IMG/VR virus record: IMGVR_UViG_3300012984_000012 | Location: 1 to 64,000 of that record | Length of the DNA stretch: 64,000 nt | Strand: one strand, 5' to 3' | From: a virus | Shown: positions 54,170 through 64,000 of the stretch, piece by piece | Layout of the letters: each line of letters starts with the position of its first letter | Numbering within the stretch: position 1 is the first letter of the stretch | Notes under the pieces: model-generated | What the model saw: the letters and a program-made list of their open reading frames with translations, nothing else | Databases searched by the model: none | What the model was told of the DNA's origin: nothing | Made by a program: the position numbers and the translations under genes

Positions 54170-54886
54170 TTACAGATTCTTGTCAATGATGACGCCGATG
54201 TCCTTGACGGCTCCTGATTGGACGCCGGTCACCTTGACGAAGACCTTGATGCGAGACTTGTTGGCCGTCGTCCCATAGACCGTGAACAGCGCGTCCGTCA
54301 GGCTCTTCACTGACAGAGTGAACTGTACCGAGCTGCCACCAAAGCTGTTCTCAGCAGGCGACCTGGTCAGGATGTAGGTGGCGCGCTGTTGTCCATCGAT
54401 GTTTTCTGGCGTTTGGCTCAAAACTTGCATGAAGAGGTTCGGAACCTCGATGATGAACGTCTGATCGCGAAGCTCTACGTCGATCGTCGTCTCGTTCTTG
54501 ATCGTCTGCTCGACAGTGGCAGTCGCCGTCTTTTGTTGGTTACGACCCAGGGTGATGACACCATTCAGGCTGTCGACGTTAGCGTCACCTGATAGCGACA
54601 TCGTCGGCAGGCGAAGCAGGTTTGGGTTTGACACGCTGATCAGCTTGTACTTCTGCGAGTGTTGTTGGTTGGTCAACGCCTCAAAGATCGGAGTGTTCTT
54701 CTCGATCTTCTCCTTGCCGACAGTACGACCGTACTTGCTGATGACGTTGTAGTTGACCTCATCATCGCCCAGAGCGAACTTGTGAATTGAGAACGAGCCG
54801 TCGTTGCGAGCCAAGAACTGACGTCCAATGTCTGTCAACACGGCATCAAGGACGATATTATTACTCGAGTGATCAAGAAATCCCAT
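54170..54886 (-). CDS. Putative baseplate wedge/tail structural protein
   Basis: DAVLTDIGRQFLA...KFALGDDEVNY N-terminal motif; AAGGA SD. Confidence 0.6.
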   Translation of the reverse strand: MGFLDHSSNNIVLDAVLTDIGRQFLARNDGSFSIHKFALGDDEVNYNVISKYGRTVGKEKIEKNTPIFEALTNQQHSQKYKLISVSNPNLLRLPTMSLSGDANVDSLNGVITLGRNQQKTATATVEQTIKNETTIDVELRDQTFIIEVPNLFMQVLSQTPENIDGQQRATYILTRSPAENSFGGSSVQFTLSVKSLTDALFTVYGTTANKSRIKVFVKVTGVQSGAVKDIGVIIDKNL

Positions 54887-55030
54887 GCGATTTTTCCTTA
54901 GCGTTCAGTCTTTGCCCGGGGCATGATGACGCAGCGTACTTCCAAATATATCCCCTACGTGTAATCCGATGACCGCATAAGTTTGGCCTGTCGAACAACA
55001 TCGTACCATGCTCAGCGTCTACGTTAAACG

Positions 55031-57055
55031 TCACTGGCTGATGACCTTTCGAGCCTGTGATCGACGGCGGGTGCCGAACCTAACCTCAGGGAACGACATG
55101 ACCCTCGCCGCCAGACGAATCTGGTCGTTGATCGTGATCGTTGCAGTGGCACTCTTTTGGCTGTCAGTATTGATGAACTGCAGCTTGTAGCTTCCTCCCG
55201 TCTGTTTGGTCGCGATGACGCGTTGGTTTCTCTCCTCGTCATCATAGAGGTAATAGTACTCGGGATTGAAGTACAGCTTCAGTTGCTTGCTGTTTGGCCC
55301 TGACACGCGGATGGTGTCGACGAACGTGTCTGCTTCGAGGTACAGGTTCGGGTATGGTTTCGGAGCACCGGTGTGGCTGATCAGCCTCTTCTGAAGCTGG
55401 TTCTTGAAAGGGTCGAACCAGACCTCATACTGAGCTGAGAAGTTTGACGTGTAACCATGAGCATCGATGGCAGCGATGGCATAGATGAACGTTGACGAGA
55501 ATGGGCTACGTTCGTGGCTGCCACGTTGCGTCTGTTGGTCCTCATGAAAATTGTGAAGACCGACCTGAAAGTCATCATCGTAAAAGAACGAACACGGTGA
55601 CGTCAGGTGTTCGACCAAGGTGGGATCTGGGTTCTCACCGTTCTCAAACTTCACCAAAGAATCATCGAAATCGTACATCTTGATCAACTCAAACGGGTGA
55701 TCGACGTCTCGGCGGCGAAACACCTGAAATTTCTTGATGTCACGCTGTGAGTTTGGTGGGAACGTCCAGTGAACCAACAGGCTACCCGGGACACCCGTTC
55801 CTGGCAGCGGCAGGCCTGTCAGTTGGTCATGTTCTTGCGTTGCTGGGTTAACACGTTCATAGTTCCACGTGAAGTTTAGGTCAGTAGGAGCTGGTGGTGC
55901 GGTCGTCTCGATGGTGTTGATGAAGACCTGGTTTGATGGCTTAGAGCTGACGAGGATCTTTAGCATCGCTACGTCACCTGTGTCATCATCGATGCCCGGG
56001 ATGGTGAACTGAGCGACGGTCCTGATCGCGTACATGTACCTTGCATTGTACTTGATCTGAAAGTCTGCTGTCAGGTTTACGTTTGGGTTATCGATGATGA
56101 TGGGACTGAGGCTCTTGGAACTTCCATCAACAGTGATCTCAGTCTTGTCAATGATGTAACCCACGATCTCGGGACCCTGTTGGTCAGCTTGAAACGCTGT
56201 GGTCCGGACCTTTATGTCGATGAACGGTACGAACGTCTTGAAGTCATCTTCGGAAACGCTCACTGACGAGCGCTGCACGACCTGGTGTTGCAGCTTCTTC
56301 GTGTACTTGTGCATGTTGCTGAGGTCGGTCGTGAAGGGCGAATGCGGGTCACGGATCGTCCTGTTCGTGATGTCATGAAACAGCTTGCTGTTTATCTGAG
56401 CGTTGACAGCAACGTTCTTCAGTCTCTGAAAGTAGGAATCGAAGATCCTTTGACCGTTGTCATTGAAGAACCTAGACCCATGCGCCCTTGAGGGCATCGT
56501 CAACGCCTTGAAGAGAAAGTGGGGTTTGATGTGCTTTGGTGTCAAGGCTGACAGCTGCTGTGCTGCCTTATAGTGACTGACGTTGGTGTCCGTGCTCTGT
56601 TCGAGGGTATGCAAGGCGTATGAACCTGACACGAAATAGTGGATCTTGTCATCGATCTCGGCGTCGTGAAAGTTAACAGCGACGTAATTGTCAGTCGCAA
56701 ACTGGTCTTCTGTCACGACCTTGTCGATGTTGTCAGCGATCAATGACCCGTTTTGAGCGTTTGTCTTAAAGACGTTGTTCCTCTGCTGGAGATCCGTTAC
56801 CTGGTTGCCAGGGTCAACTAGCTTCGGAAGCTTCCATGAGAACGTCACCGAACGGGGCGCTCGAGTCACAGAATACTGAATGAAAGCTGCATCGATCTCA
56901 TCAGCCTGTCGCTGCAGGACCTTTACTGGCACGCCCCCTGTTTCAGAAACGCTTTCGTCAGGTGTGAAAAAGTTGTAGTTGAACGTGCCTTCGAACCTCT
57001 GAATCTCTGGGACGTCGACAGCGTAAATCTCTCTTGAAGGTAACGAGACGCTCAT
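55031..57055 (-). CDS. Putative virion structural protein with FN3-like segment
   Basis: 674 aa; PPAPTDL...W...FQVFRR...YAIAAIDAHG.TSNFS pattern. Confidence 0.55.
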   Translation of the reverse strand: MSVSLPSREIYAVDVPEIQRFEGTFNYNFFTPDESVSETGGVPVKVLQRQADEIDAAFIQYSVTRAPRSVTFSWKLPKLVDPGNQVTDLQQRNNVFKTNAQNGSLIADNIDKVVTEDQFATDNYVAVNFHDAEIDDKIHYFVSGSYALHTLEQSTDTNVSHYKAAQQLSALTPKHIKPHFLFKALTMPSRAHGSRFFNDNGQRIFDSYFQRLKNVAVNAQINSKLFHDITNRTIRDPHSPFTTDLSNMHKYTKKLQHQVVQRSSVSVSEDDFKTFVPFIDIKVRTTAFQADQQGPEIVGYIIDKTEITVDGSSKSLSPIIIDNPNVNLTADFQIKYNARYMYAIRTVAQFTIPGIDDDTGDVAMLKILVSSKPSNQVFINTIETTAPPAPTDLNFTWNYERVNPATQEHDQLTGLPLPGTGVPGSLLVHWTFPPNSQRDIKKFQVFRRRDVDHPFELIKMYDFDDSLVKFENGENPDPTLVEHLTSPCSFFYDDDFQVGLHNFHEDQQTQRGSHERSPFSSTFIYAIAAIDAHGYTSNFSAQYEVWFDPFKNQLQKRLISHTGAPKPYPNLYLEADTFVDTIRVSGPNSKQLKLYFNPEYYYLYDDEERNQRVIATKQTGGSYKLQFINTDSQKSATATITINDQIRLAARVMSFPEVRFGTRRRSQARKVISQ

Positions 57056-57058
57056 CTG

Positions 57059-60000
57059 TCAGACCTGGTCCTCTCCGTACGTTTCGATTGTCACGAAATA
57101 CTTTTCAAACGTAAGATCGCCTTGGTTCTTATCACGATCTCGAAAGCGAAACGCAGCATGGTTTGGCGCAGCCCGACCTTGGACGAACGGACGACCAGAC
57201 GGATAGTTGTTCAGGTTGAGCATGGCAAAGCGAACCATGTTACGAGACGTGTAATTCTCTGTCGCTGGGATGATGTCACCCTTGAGGATCATTTGCTTGA
57301 GCGCCGCGGTTCCCTGTGGGGTTTGAACCGTCTTATCGTAATCAATCTCAAACTCATCTGGATCGACGATAACGTTAAAGACACGATCGAACGTTTTGGG
57401 CGACACTATTCTCTTAGAGACAGCAACGGGATCTGCTAGAGGCGTTACCATGTGTGTTAGATTGCTTATCGTTCTCAATCCATGTAACATCACCGGAATG
57501 TTACGATGTGACACTGACGATAGGTTAGACTCTAGCGTGCCGATCGACTGCTGTGCAGCGAGCGTCTTGACGATGGGTTGGGCTTGGATCTTGCTAAACT
57601 GAGTGCTTGGTCCTATTGAACCTGCGATGCCCGAAGCGTTGCTTAGCTGAGGATACGTCGATGCTTTCGGTGATGTCGTCTTAGAAGGCGTGTAACCAAC
57701 CTTTCGAGGCGACGTAGTGCTAAATAAGACCCCTCCCGTGGGAGCGTGAGTCTCTGGGCTCGAGACGTTTTGGACGGTGAAGAGATTGGTCGTATACGCA
57801 ACGTAGTGTTCCGTCAACGTCTTTGTGAAATCAATGTCCATGGGCTTGTCTTGCTCGACCAGATCAAAGTGGTGATCACCGAGATCGATCCCGGTCGTGA
57901 GCTTGGCATAAACCTCTAACATGTAGCTCATCACGTGATTGTTGATGATCTCGTTTTTTTCCTGTTGGGTCAAGAAGTCATACGTCTCATCTGCAAACGC
58001 TGCCTTACGTCCATTGTTGATGTCGTCAGTATTGAGTGACCAGTAGGTGATCTCAGTAGCCGTCGCTTGGCTCTGGCCAAAGTCTCTCGTCGGTATGGCG
58101 TGTGCGATGTCTGACATCGATGGCCTCTCGGGAATCTGCAAGAACCAATGGTCATTTCGAACTGGAAACCTTGACAGCTCGAACAACATCCTCTTTGGCT
58201 TGTATATGATGTCGCTGTTCTCCAGGTCGACCTTGTACACGACCACCGACACGATGTCACTTTGCTTATCAATGAAGGTTGACTTTTTCAGGTTGTTCAG
58301 GCTGACGCGTTGTTTCAAGCGGCGTGTAAAGCCCAACGGGATCCCAACAGTGATGATCTTCTTGTTGTAACCTTTCTTTGACGCAAAATCGTCTGTCCCA
58401 AACGTGCTGTAAACTGCGTTCCTCAGCCTTGGTGACACGACGGAATCATCAAGTATCTTCAGTTCGTCGTCAGCGTCAAAGTCTCCGTCGCCATCAACGT
58501 CACCGTTGTCTGGTAACGCATCACGTTGTGAGATCCGATCGTTCAAATCATGAACCGTCGAGGCCAACAACATGATTTGTTGCTCGCTCATCAACATCTT
58601 CACCAGGTCTGGGTTGTTGATGATTGTGACGAGTTCGTTCAGCTTTGAGATCGCTGGCGGACTTTTCAGGTAATTCGAGTAGTTCTTAAACGCGCCAGAC
58701 AGTTTCTGAAGCGTGTTCATCGCAGTGTAAATCAGCTTGTGATTTAACGCGACCTCTTTCTCCATGCGAGTGGTTAAGTCGCTAGCCGAAGCCTTGTGAT
58801 TGGTCGTCGTCTTCGTGATATTGAACGTCAAGACGCTACGAATGTAATTCGTCGACACCAGCTTTTGGTCGTTGTAACAAGAGACCATTTGGATGATCGT
58901 GTCAAAGACGGCCATCATGATCGAGGTGTCTAGGTCACCGCTGAAGCGTGTTCGACCGTCGACCATCGCGCTATCGTTGGTCCTGAACGACGAAAGGATC
59001 TGTTGCATCAAGCCCTCAACGAATTTCGTCAACACTGTGCCTTGCTTGAACGACGCTGTCATGACGTCTGATGACATGGTAGACGACAGCTTGCCTGGCG
59101 CACTAAGCCTCGGAGGTTGAGGTTTGTTGGTCACGAGCATCTGTGGGATCGATTTTTCGATCTCAGAAACGATGTCCTTTATCAACGCATCAGTCAAGGG
59201 AGTGTTATCGCTTGACAGCGAATTCAAGTTGAAAAACGGGAGGCTGATGATCGGAAAGTACGATCGAGTGATCTTTGCGATCGTGTATATGAACAATGCT
59301 GACTTAACGTGGGGGTTGGTCGCAGCGAAGTTATACACAGAACCTAGGTTGTCATTCAGGACTGCGGGTAACGTGTTTCCCGTCTTAGGATCCAACAAGT
59401 TCTTCATCGACGTTTGAATGAAATCTGACGGACTAGACAATATCGATGAGAACTGTGACTGTGTGCGGTCGTACGGGTCGTACGTTCTGACGCCCAACAG
59501 GTTCATTCCATTGACAACGATGCTAAAAGAGTTGAAAGCCTTCTCAAACAGGTCACCACCTTCGTCAAGGTTAGCTGTGTTAAATCCTATCGCATTCGCT
59601 CCGTCAAGGACGCTATCAACGTAATACGTTCCCCCTGGCGTCAGCGTACCCGTGTCGCCGTCAACGTACTTTGATTCGAACGTCAGCACAGCGGCGCCAG
59701 ACGTCGTCTGGCGCTGGGCGATGTTTGCGAGAGAGTTGGTCTGTGTCGCAGGAAAATCGCTGATGTTGTTTCCGAACTTTCCAACGATCGATTCAAACAC
59801 ACCGACATTGTCTGAGGGAGAAACCTGGTAATTGAACCCACTGGACAACGCGTCCTGAACGTCACGCTGTGACATGCCGTGAGAATAACGAAATTCTTTC
59901 GAGATCAGGTTGGTCAGCGCCGCGATTTGGGCTTCCTGGCTCTTGAAGTGTACGTTCTGGTACAAGACGCTGTATGCTTGTGATATCGTGCTGACGGCTT

Positions 60001-61168
60001 TGTTGATCTGATTCGGTTTGATGGTGCTCAATTCATCCAATGGAGGCAACGCTGGAAGCTTCTGTGACAAGCCAAAGTGTGGAACCGTCTTACGAACGAT
60101 GCGAGTGGCATTGGTGTCATTTCGTTGGGTGACAGTGTCGATGTCGATAAACTCTGACGAGTGGTACTTCAACATGTCAGACATCTCAAGCAAGAACTGT
60201 AGCCAGATCTTTGTTGACGAGAATTTGTGTCTGACGATGTCAGAATTGTAGCCCAACCTAACTAACGTGTCCGGGATCGAGTACGTCACAGGCAGGTAAC
60301 GCCTGACTAAGTCGAACAACACGTTCGACGTTAGAACAGAGTTCAGTTTAGTGAAGTTCAAGTAGTGATAGTTGACGACAGCGCTTGGGTCGACAGTGTG
60401 GATGTCATCACGTAGATCCAACTGTGACTTCAGGCGTTCTAGGCTCCTGACAAGCTCAAGCAGGAAATTTGCCTGATCACGTAATGAGTCAACGTTGCTC
60501 TCGAAGCTACGGCGCCTGGTCGTGAAAGAGTCTGCTATGAAAGGATACTGTGACCTCAGACCCCTCAATGCTTGGGTGACATTGATCTGTCGCAGGTTAC
60601 GTGCTTGCAGGTGTGTATCAACGAAACGACCTGCGTCAGTCATATCAGAGTAGATGCCGCTGTTTTCGACCTGGTTAGCGAACGATTGTTGCCCAGATCC
60701 GATGTTTTTCGTGAACAAGGGCAAGAAATTCGTCAACATGACGATCTCAGGACGCTCGTGAGCGATTCCAGTCAATTGTTCGTAAGGTTCAAACTTCTTA
60801 GAAGTGACGACCAACCTGTCTGTCACCGGGTGGTTTGCCACCGCTGGTTCTAGGTGTAAGGCAAAGCTGGGCATGATGATGTTCATCATGCCGTGATAAG
60901 GTGGTAACAAGAAGGTCTTGCTGCCTCCGAGGTTGGCTGCGATCGATTGGATCGACATGTTCGTCTGGATCTTCAGGTTCGTTGAAGTCACTGACAAGGT
61001 GGGGGTAGCAATGGGAGCTTGTGACGCTGGGACCACGGAGGCCTTGATCGTTCCAGGTGTCGACACTGCTTTTTTCACGCCAGCGCCAAGATCGCTAGTC
61101 ACTGGTTGAACTTGCACGTTACCCACGGAGACGAAAGAGCCGTTGGCACCCTTAAGCGATACGATCAT
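57059..61168 (-). CDS. Large hypothetical protein (1369 aa), probably structural
   Basis: Long ORF, ATGA-coupled, within the structural operon; no recognisable motif. Confidence 0.6.
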   Translation of the reverse strand: MIVSLKGANGSFVSVGNVQVQPVTSDLGAGVKKAVSTPGTIKASVVPASQAPIATPTLSVTSTNLKIQTNMSIQSIAANLGGSKTFLLPPYHGMMNIIMPSFALHLEPAVANHPVTDRLVVTSKKFEPYEQLTGIAHERPEIVMLTNFLPLFTKNIGSGQQSFANQVENSGIYSDMTDAGRFVDTHLQARNLRQINVTQALRGLRSQYPFIADSFTTRRRSFESNVDSLRDQANFLLELVRSLERLKSQLDLRDDIHTVDPSAVVNYHYLNFTKLNSVLTSNVLFDLVRRYLPVTYSIPDTLVRLGYNSDIVRHKFSSTKIWLQFLLEMSDMLKYHSSEFIDIDTVTQRNDTNATRIVRKTVPHFGLSQKLPALPPLDELSTIKPNQINKAVSTISQAYSVLYQNVHFKSQEAQIAALTNLISKEFRYSHGMSQRDVQDALSSGFNYQVSPSDNVGVFESIVGKFGNNISDFPATQTNSLANIAQRQTTSGAAVLTFESKYVDGDTGTLTPGGTYYVDSVLDGANAIGFNTANLDEGGDLFEKAFNSFSIVVNGMNLLGVRTYDPYDRTQSQFSSILSSPSDFIQTSMKNLLDPKTGNTLPAVLNDNLGSVYNFAATNPHVKSALFIYTIAKITRSYFPIISLPFFNLNSLSSDNTPLTDALIKDIVSEIEKSIPQMLVTNKPQPPRLSAPGKLSSTMSSDVMTASFKQGTVLTKFVEGLMQQILSSFRTNDSAMVDGRTRFSGDLDTSIMMAVFDTIIQMVSCYNDQKLVSTNYIRSVLTFNITKTTTNHKASASDLTTRMEKEVALNHKLIYTAMNTLQKLSGAFKNYSNYLKSPPAISKLNELVTIINNPDLVKMLMSEQQIMLLASTVHDLNDRISQRDALPDNGDVDGDGDFDADDELKILDDSVVSPRLRNAVYSTFGTDDFASKKGYNKKIITVGIPLGFTRRLKQRVSLNNLKKSTFIDKQSDIVSVVVYKVDLENSDIIYKPKRMLFELSRFPVRNDHWFLQIPERPSMSDIAHAIPTRDFGQSQATATEITYWSLNTDDINNGRKAAFADETYDFLTQQEKNEIINNHVMSYMLEVYAKLTTGIDLGDHHFDLVEQDKPMDIDFTKTLTEHYVAYTTNLFTVQNVSSPETHAPTGGVLFSTTSPRKVGYTPSKTTSPKASTYPQLSNASGIAGSIGPSTQFSKIQAQPIVKTLAAQQSIGTLESNLSSVSHRNIPVMLHGLRTISNLTHMVTPLADPVAVSKRIVSPKTFDRVFNVIVDPDEFEIDYDKTVQTPQGTAALKQMILKGDIIPATENYTSRNMVRFAMLNLNNYPSGRPFVQGRAAPNHAAFRFRDRDKNQGDLTFEKYFVTIETYGEDQV

Positions 61169-63657
61169 CTTGCTGGCAATCCATTGTTAAACTGTTCTAC
61201 GATCACTGCGTTTGTTGCGACTTGTGTTCCTGTCTTGTACGTGTTGAAGACCGGGACTATGACGTAATTGAACGAGCCTTCGTCACGTCTAGACACTGGA
61301 TGTAAGTACTGACAGTTCCCATAGGTAAACTCTGAGTGAGCCTTTCCGACCAACGTTCGAACGCCATGGACGTCTTTCATGATGATGAAATGATCGACAG
61401 CTGAGAGCGAACCTTGAACCTTCCAGGTGATGATGTTCAGAAACTTGTCAAACCTGCTAGCTGAGGCATCGACGACTCGTGCTGGTTCGTCATCAAATGA
61501 CACGTCAACCGATTGCATGAAACCTATCGCGCCATGGGCCATCGGTTCTTTTGCAAACCGGGTTTTCAGGCCAGCCGCTGAAACCAAGGTTCCTTGTGTC
61601 AGGGCGATCGGATGCAAGAACTTTGCTGGGCTAAACGTGTACGTCTTCTTGGTAACCGGATCGACCTTCTTCTTGTTAAGGCTGTCGAACATCGTCTCAG
61701 GTTCACGAAGCAAGGCAGAAACTTCATAACGGTAACGATGGCCTAGCTTTAAAGGCTGAATCGCCTGATTTTTTCTAAGGTCAACGTCGGAAAACTGATC
61801 GGCTGTCACGACCCCGAAGTCCTCTCGGATACCAGTCGTCAGATCGACACGTTGGATGTTGTGTGCGATCAGGTTTTTCAAGAACTCACGTTCCTTATCA
61901 ACGTCACCCTTGAACTGATCGTAGATGTCCTGTTGTTGCAACAACCTCTTCACGACATCGATGTTGTTATCGATGATGGTCGTTGAGATAGAAAACGTAA
62001 CGTTCAAGTCACCCGTTTGATCGACGATCAGATCGTCGATCTTGGTGTCAACCTTACCCGGTGAAGGCTGTAAAAACTCGATCGACGCTGTTCCAGCAAG
62101 CTCTGACGTGCCTGATTCATAGACCAAACGCGCTACGTACTCGTAAATGTTGTTGGGATTGACGTCCTTGTCAACGATTGTCAGGTAATCTGACGTTCTC
62201 ACGGTGTCATCGATCAATGACACCGTCCCGCCAACGTTCCTGTAACTGGTCTCAAACGTCGTCAGGTTCCGAACCTTGAACTCTATCGAGACAACGTGTT
62301 GGGGTATTTGTCGCGCCTCGATCTTGATGCCGATGTCAACAGGGATTACACTCAACGCAAGTGACTTGATCTGCCTATAACGAGAAGGCCTGATGACGAC
62401 GTTGGTAAACTCATAGCCTTGGGTTCCTTGGTTTCCCATTGGAACGACCCGGTATAGGATCGGAGAGTTTTGCGGTGAATCGACCTGAACTAATAGCGAC
62501 TGTTCGTTACGCTTAACGTCATACGTTCCTATCAAGGAGTACGAATCGACGTCCGTGACAGCACGAAAAAACTGCTTCTTGTAGATCTGAACTGACGTCG
62601 CGCCTGGATCGATCTGCTTTATCTCTAGGTTAGCGCGGGTCGACACCTCTGACTTTGTCAGCTTGACAACCGGGGGTCGGCGAGGGGTGTAATACAGTTG
62701 CATGTGTCGTGCTACGTCCAAGGATTTTGAGACTGAGTCGACGGCAACCCTCGATCGACCGTTGATCAGATCAAACTTAACGAAAAAGTGAGAGTTATCA
62801 CTACCGTCCTGCGTTAACGCAGACCTAGGGATGATCAACGTAAGAGCGATCTCAACGGTCGTCTGTGGTTCGTATGTCAGAACCTGAACGACCGTGTCAT
62901 CGCTGACCTGTGACGTGTACGTCGGACGATTGTGGGTCTCCGGAGGAAAGATGTGATAGTTCAAAAGGCGAGTTGAGGGACTGGTCTCGATTTCTATCGC
63001 GTTGCTTGGTCTCAAGATCCCGCCCAGGGCGTCGACAGAGGCGACGCTGCGATCCGTTAAGTCAAAGATATGTGTCGGATCTATTCCCTGGCGAGCGATC
63101 AGGTCATGCATCAACCTGGTCGGATTCTCGTTGATAGACGCTGAGTTAACTGTCGTTATGTCTGTCGTAAAAGCATGTGCAATTTGTGTCAGCAAGGGCT
63201 TGATGTCCGCTCCCTCCTTAACGTCAGACGATGGCATCAAGGTTAGGATCGGTTTGACGAGCTGCTGGATGTTACGAGCGGGGATCTTTGCCCGCAACTG
63301 TGGGATGATCTCGTTATTGATTTTTGTCGAGATGTCACTGTTCCGAGAGGCGACGGTGTAGTCCTGCTGCTGTTTGATTGCGCTTTTCGCGTTAGGCATC
63401 TGTTGCAACACGTTATTGATCAGCGCACGAGTGTTGATGAAACCAAGCTGCGTGTTCTCTAGGATGGGCTTGACTTTGATCGTTCGAGACAGCACGGACA
63501 CGTTGACAGTCAACGCTTCGTTGGCAACCGCATCGTGAGGCTTGATGTTATAGAAGAACTCAAACTCCAGATCGCCGTTCGGATGGATCCTGCGCAAGTG
63601 CGCAAAGTCATCAGCAACGTCTAGAAAGTTATAGCGACGGTTGAACCTAAAGAACAT
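61165..63657 (-). CDS. Large hypothetical protein (830 aa) with Ig/FN3-like beta segments, probably structural
   Basis: YRVVP, YEYVARL, YRYEV and YVIVPV strands. Confidence 0.55.
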   Translation of the reverse strand: MFFRFNRRYNFLDVADDFAHLRRIHPNGDLEFEFFYNIKPHDAVANEALTVNVSVLSRTIKVKPILENTQLGFINTRALINNVLQQMPNAKSAIKQQQDYTVASRNSDISTKINNEIIPQLRAKIPARNIQQLVKPILTLMPSSDVKEGADIKPLLTQIAHAFTTDITTVNSASINENPTRLMHDLIARQGIDPTHIFDLTDRSVASVDALGGILRPSNAIEIETSPSTRLLNYHIFPPETHNRPTYTSQVSDDTVVQVLTYEPQTTVEIALTLIIPRSALTQDGSDNSHFFVKFDLINGRSRVAVDSVSKSLDVARHMQLYYTPRRPPVVKLTKSEVSTRANLEIKQIDPGATSVQIYKKQFFRAVTDVDSYSLIGTYDVKRNEQSLLVQVDSPQNSPILYRVVPMGNQGTQGYEFTNVVIRPSRYRQIKSLALSVIPVDIGIKIEARQIPQHVVSIEFKVRNLTTFETSYRNVGGTVSLIDDTVRTSDYLTIVDKDVNPNNIYEYVARLVYESGTSELAGTASIEFLQPSPGKVDTKIDDLIVDQTGDLNVTFSISTTIIDNNIDVVKRLLQQQDIYDQFKGDVDKEREFLKNLIAHNIQRVDLTTGIREDFGVVTADQFSDVDLRKNQAIQPLKLGHRYRYEVSALLREPETMFDSLNKKKVDPVTKKTYTFSPAKFLHPIALTQGTLVSAAGLKTRFAKEPMAHGAIGFMQSVDVSFDDEPARVVDASASRFDKFLNIITWKVQGSLSAVDHFIIMKDVHGVRTLVGKAHSEFTYGNCQYLHPVSRRDEGSFNYVIVPVFNTYKTGTQVATNAVIVEQFNNGLPAR

Positions 63658-63663
63658 TGCGCA

Positions 63664-63999
63664 TCACCCAAAGACTAACGTGAAGAGATGGACGAAAATG
63701 TTGGTGCCGTTGTCGTCAGTCAACACTTTACCTGCGAAAAAAGCGTGTTTTCGGCGCCCTTGCCACGTATACAAACCGTAATCAATGACGTCTAGCTTTT
63801 TCATGACGTTAAAATTGACCTCGAAAAACTGTCCGACCAGGTTGTTCTTCAACGACGTTGGATCAAAATTGATAGTTCGAGCATAACCCATTCGACCGTA
63901 GTGATCGAGCTCGTGTTCTAATTGCCAAGGAGTCAAGCCTTGGGTGTGAGGACGACCCCAAGGCTTATAGTAGCCCAGGTGCGATTGCCAGGTCAGACG
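63664..63999 (-). CDS. C-terminal part of a gene that starts beyond the window
   Basis: Frame stays open upstream of the track's TTG to the window edge (RLTWQSHLGYYKPWG...). Confidence 0.7.
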   Translation of the reverse strand, partial: RLTWQSHLGYYKPWGRPHTQGLTPWQLEHELDHYGRMGYARTINFDPTSLKNNLVGQFFEVNFNVMKKLDVIDYGLYTWQGRRKHAFFAGKVLTDDNGTNIFVHLFTLVFG

Positions 64000-64000
64000 A

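Noticed and set aside
608-63361. Numerous plus-strand and nested ORFs in the track
   Set aside because: They are shadows of long minus-strand genes with biased codon usage and show no motifs or SDs. Only 10258..10653 is accepted.
63935-63966. Perfect 10-bp inverted repeat AAGCCTTGGG/CCCAAGGCTT
   Set aside because: It lies inside an open reading frame, with no U-tract or -10 box, so no function can be supported.
1-64000. Stop-codon reassignment
   Set aside because: TAA, TAG and TGA all end recognisable full-length genes, and coding density is high under the standard code.
1-64000. CRISPR array or tRNA genes
   Set aside because: No regularly spaced direct repeats were seen, and the only tRNA-like arm belongs to the tmRNA.

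Overview
This 64 kb window is the virion-morphogenesis region of a large T4-like (myovirus or jumbo-type) dsDNA bacteriophage. It uses the standard genetic code, and all credible genes but one are on the minus strand. In transcription order it holds large putative baseplate/tail genes, a gp4-like head-completion nuclease, a RuvC-like resolvase, a primase, a split SbcD/SbcCD nuclease, terminase, portal, prohead protease, peptide deformylase, scaffold, major capsid protein, a tmRNA, a methyltransferase, an SGNH lipoprotein, a 2565-aa repeat fibre, three lectin-like proteins, a patatin, neck proteins and two paralogous tail sheath genes. Three free-standing homing-type endonucleases are inserted among these. 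Patterns found by reading the sequence: (1) non-structural genes inside the late operons have their start codon buried in an RNA hairpin that overlaps a sigma70-like -10 box, so only a (near-)leaderless transcript from their own promoter should be translatable; (2) a TANTTA late-promoter-like motif precedes 16 genes; (3) unrelated proteins share an amphipathic 'ITxxQLRxIIxE' motif that resembles a capsid-targeting signal; (4) [ST]-[GAS]-[ST] tripeptides are conspicuous in surface-exposed virion proteins, a possible modification sequon; (5) SbcD is split inside its nuclease domain. All product calls come from motif recognition by eye; no database search or folding computation was run.
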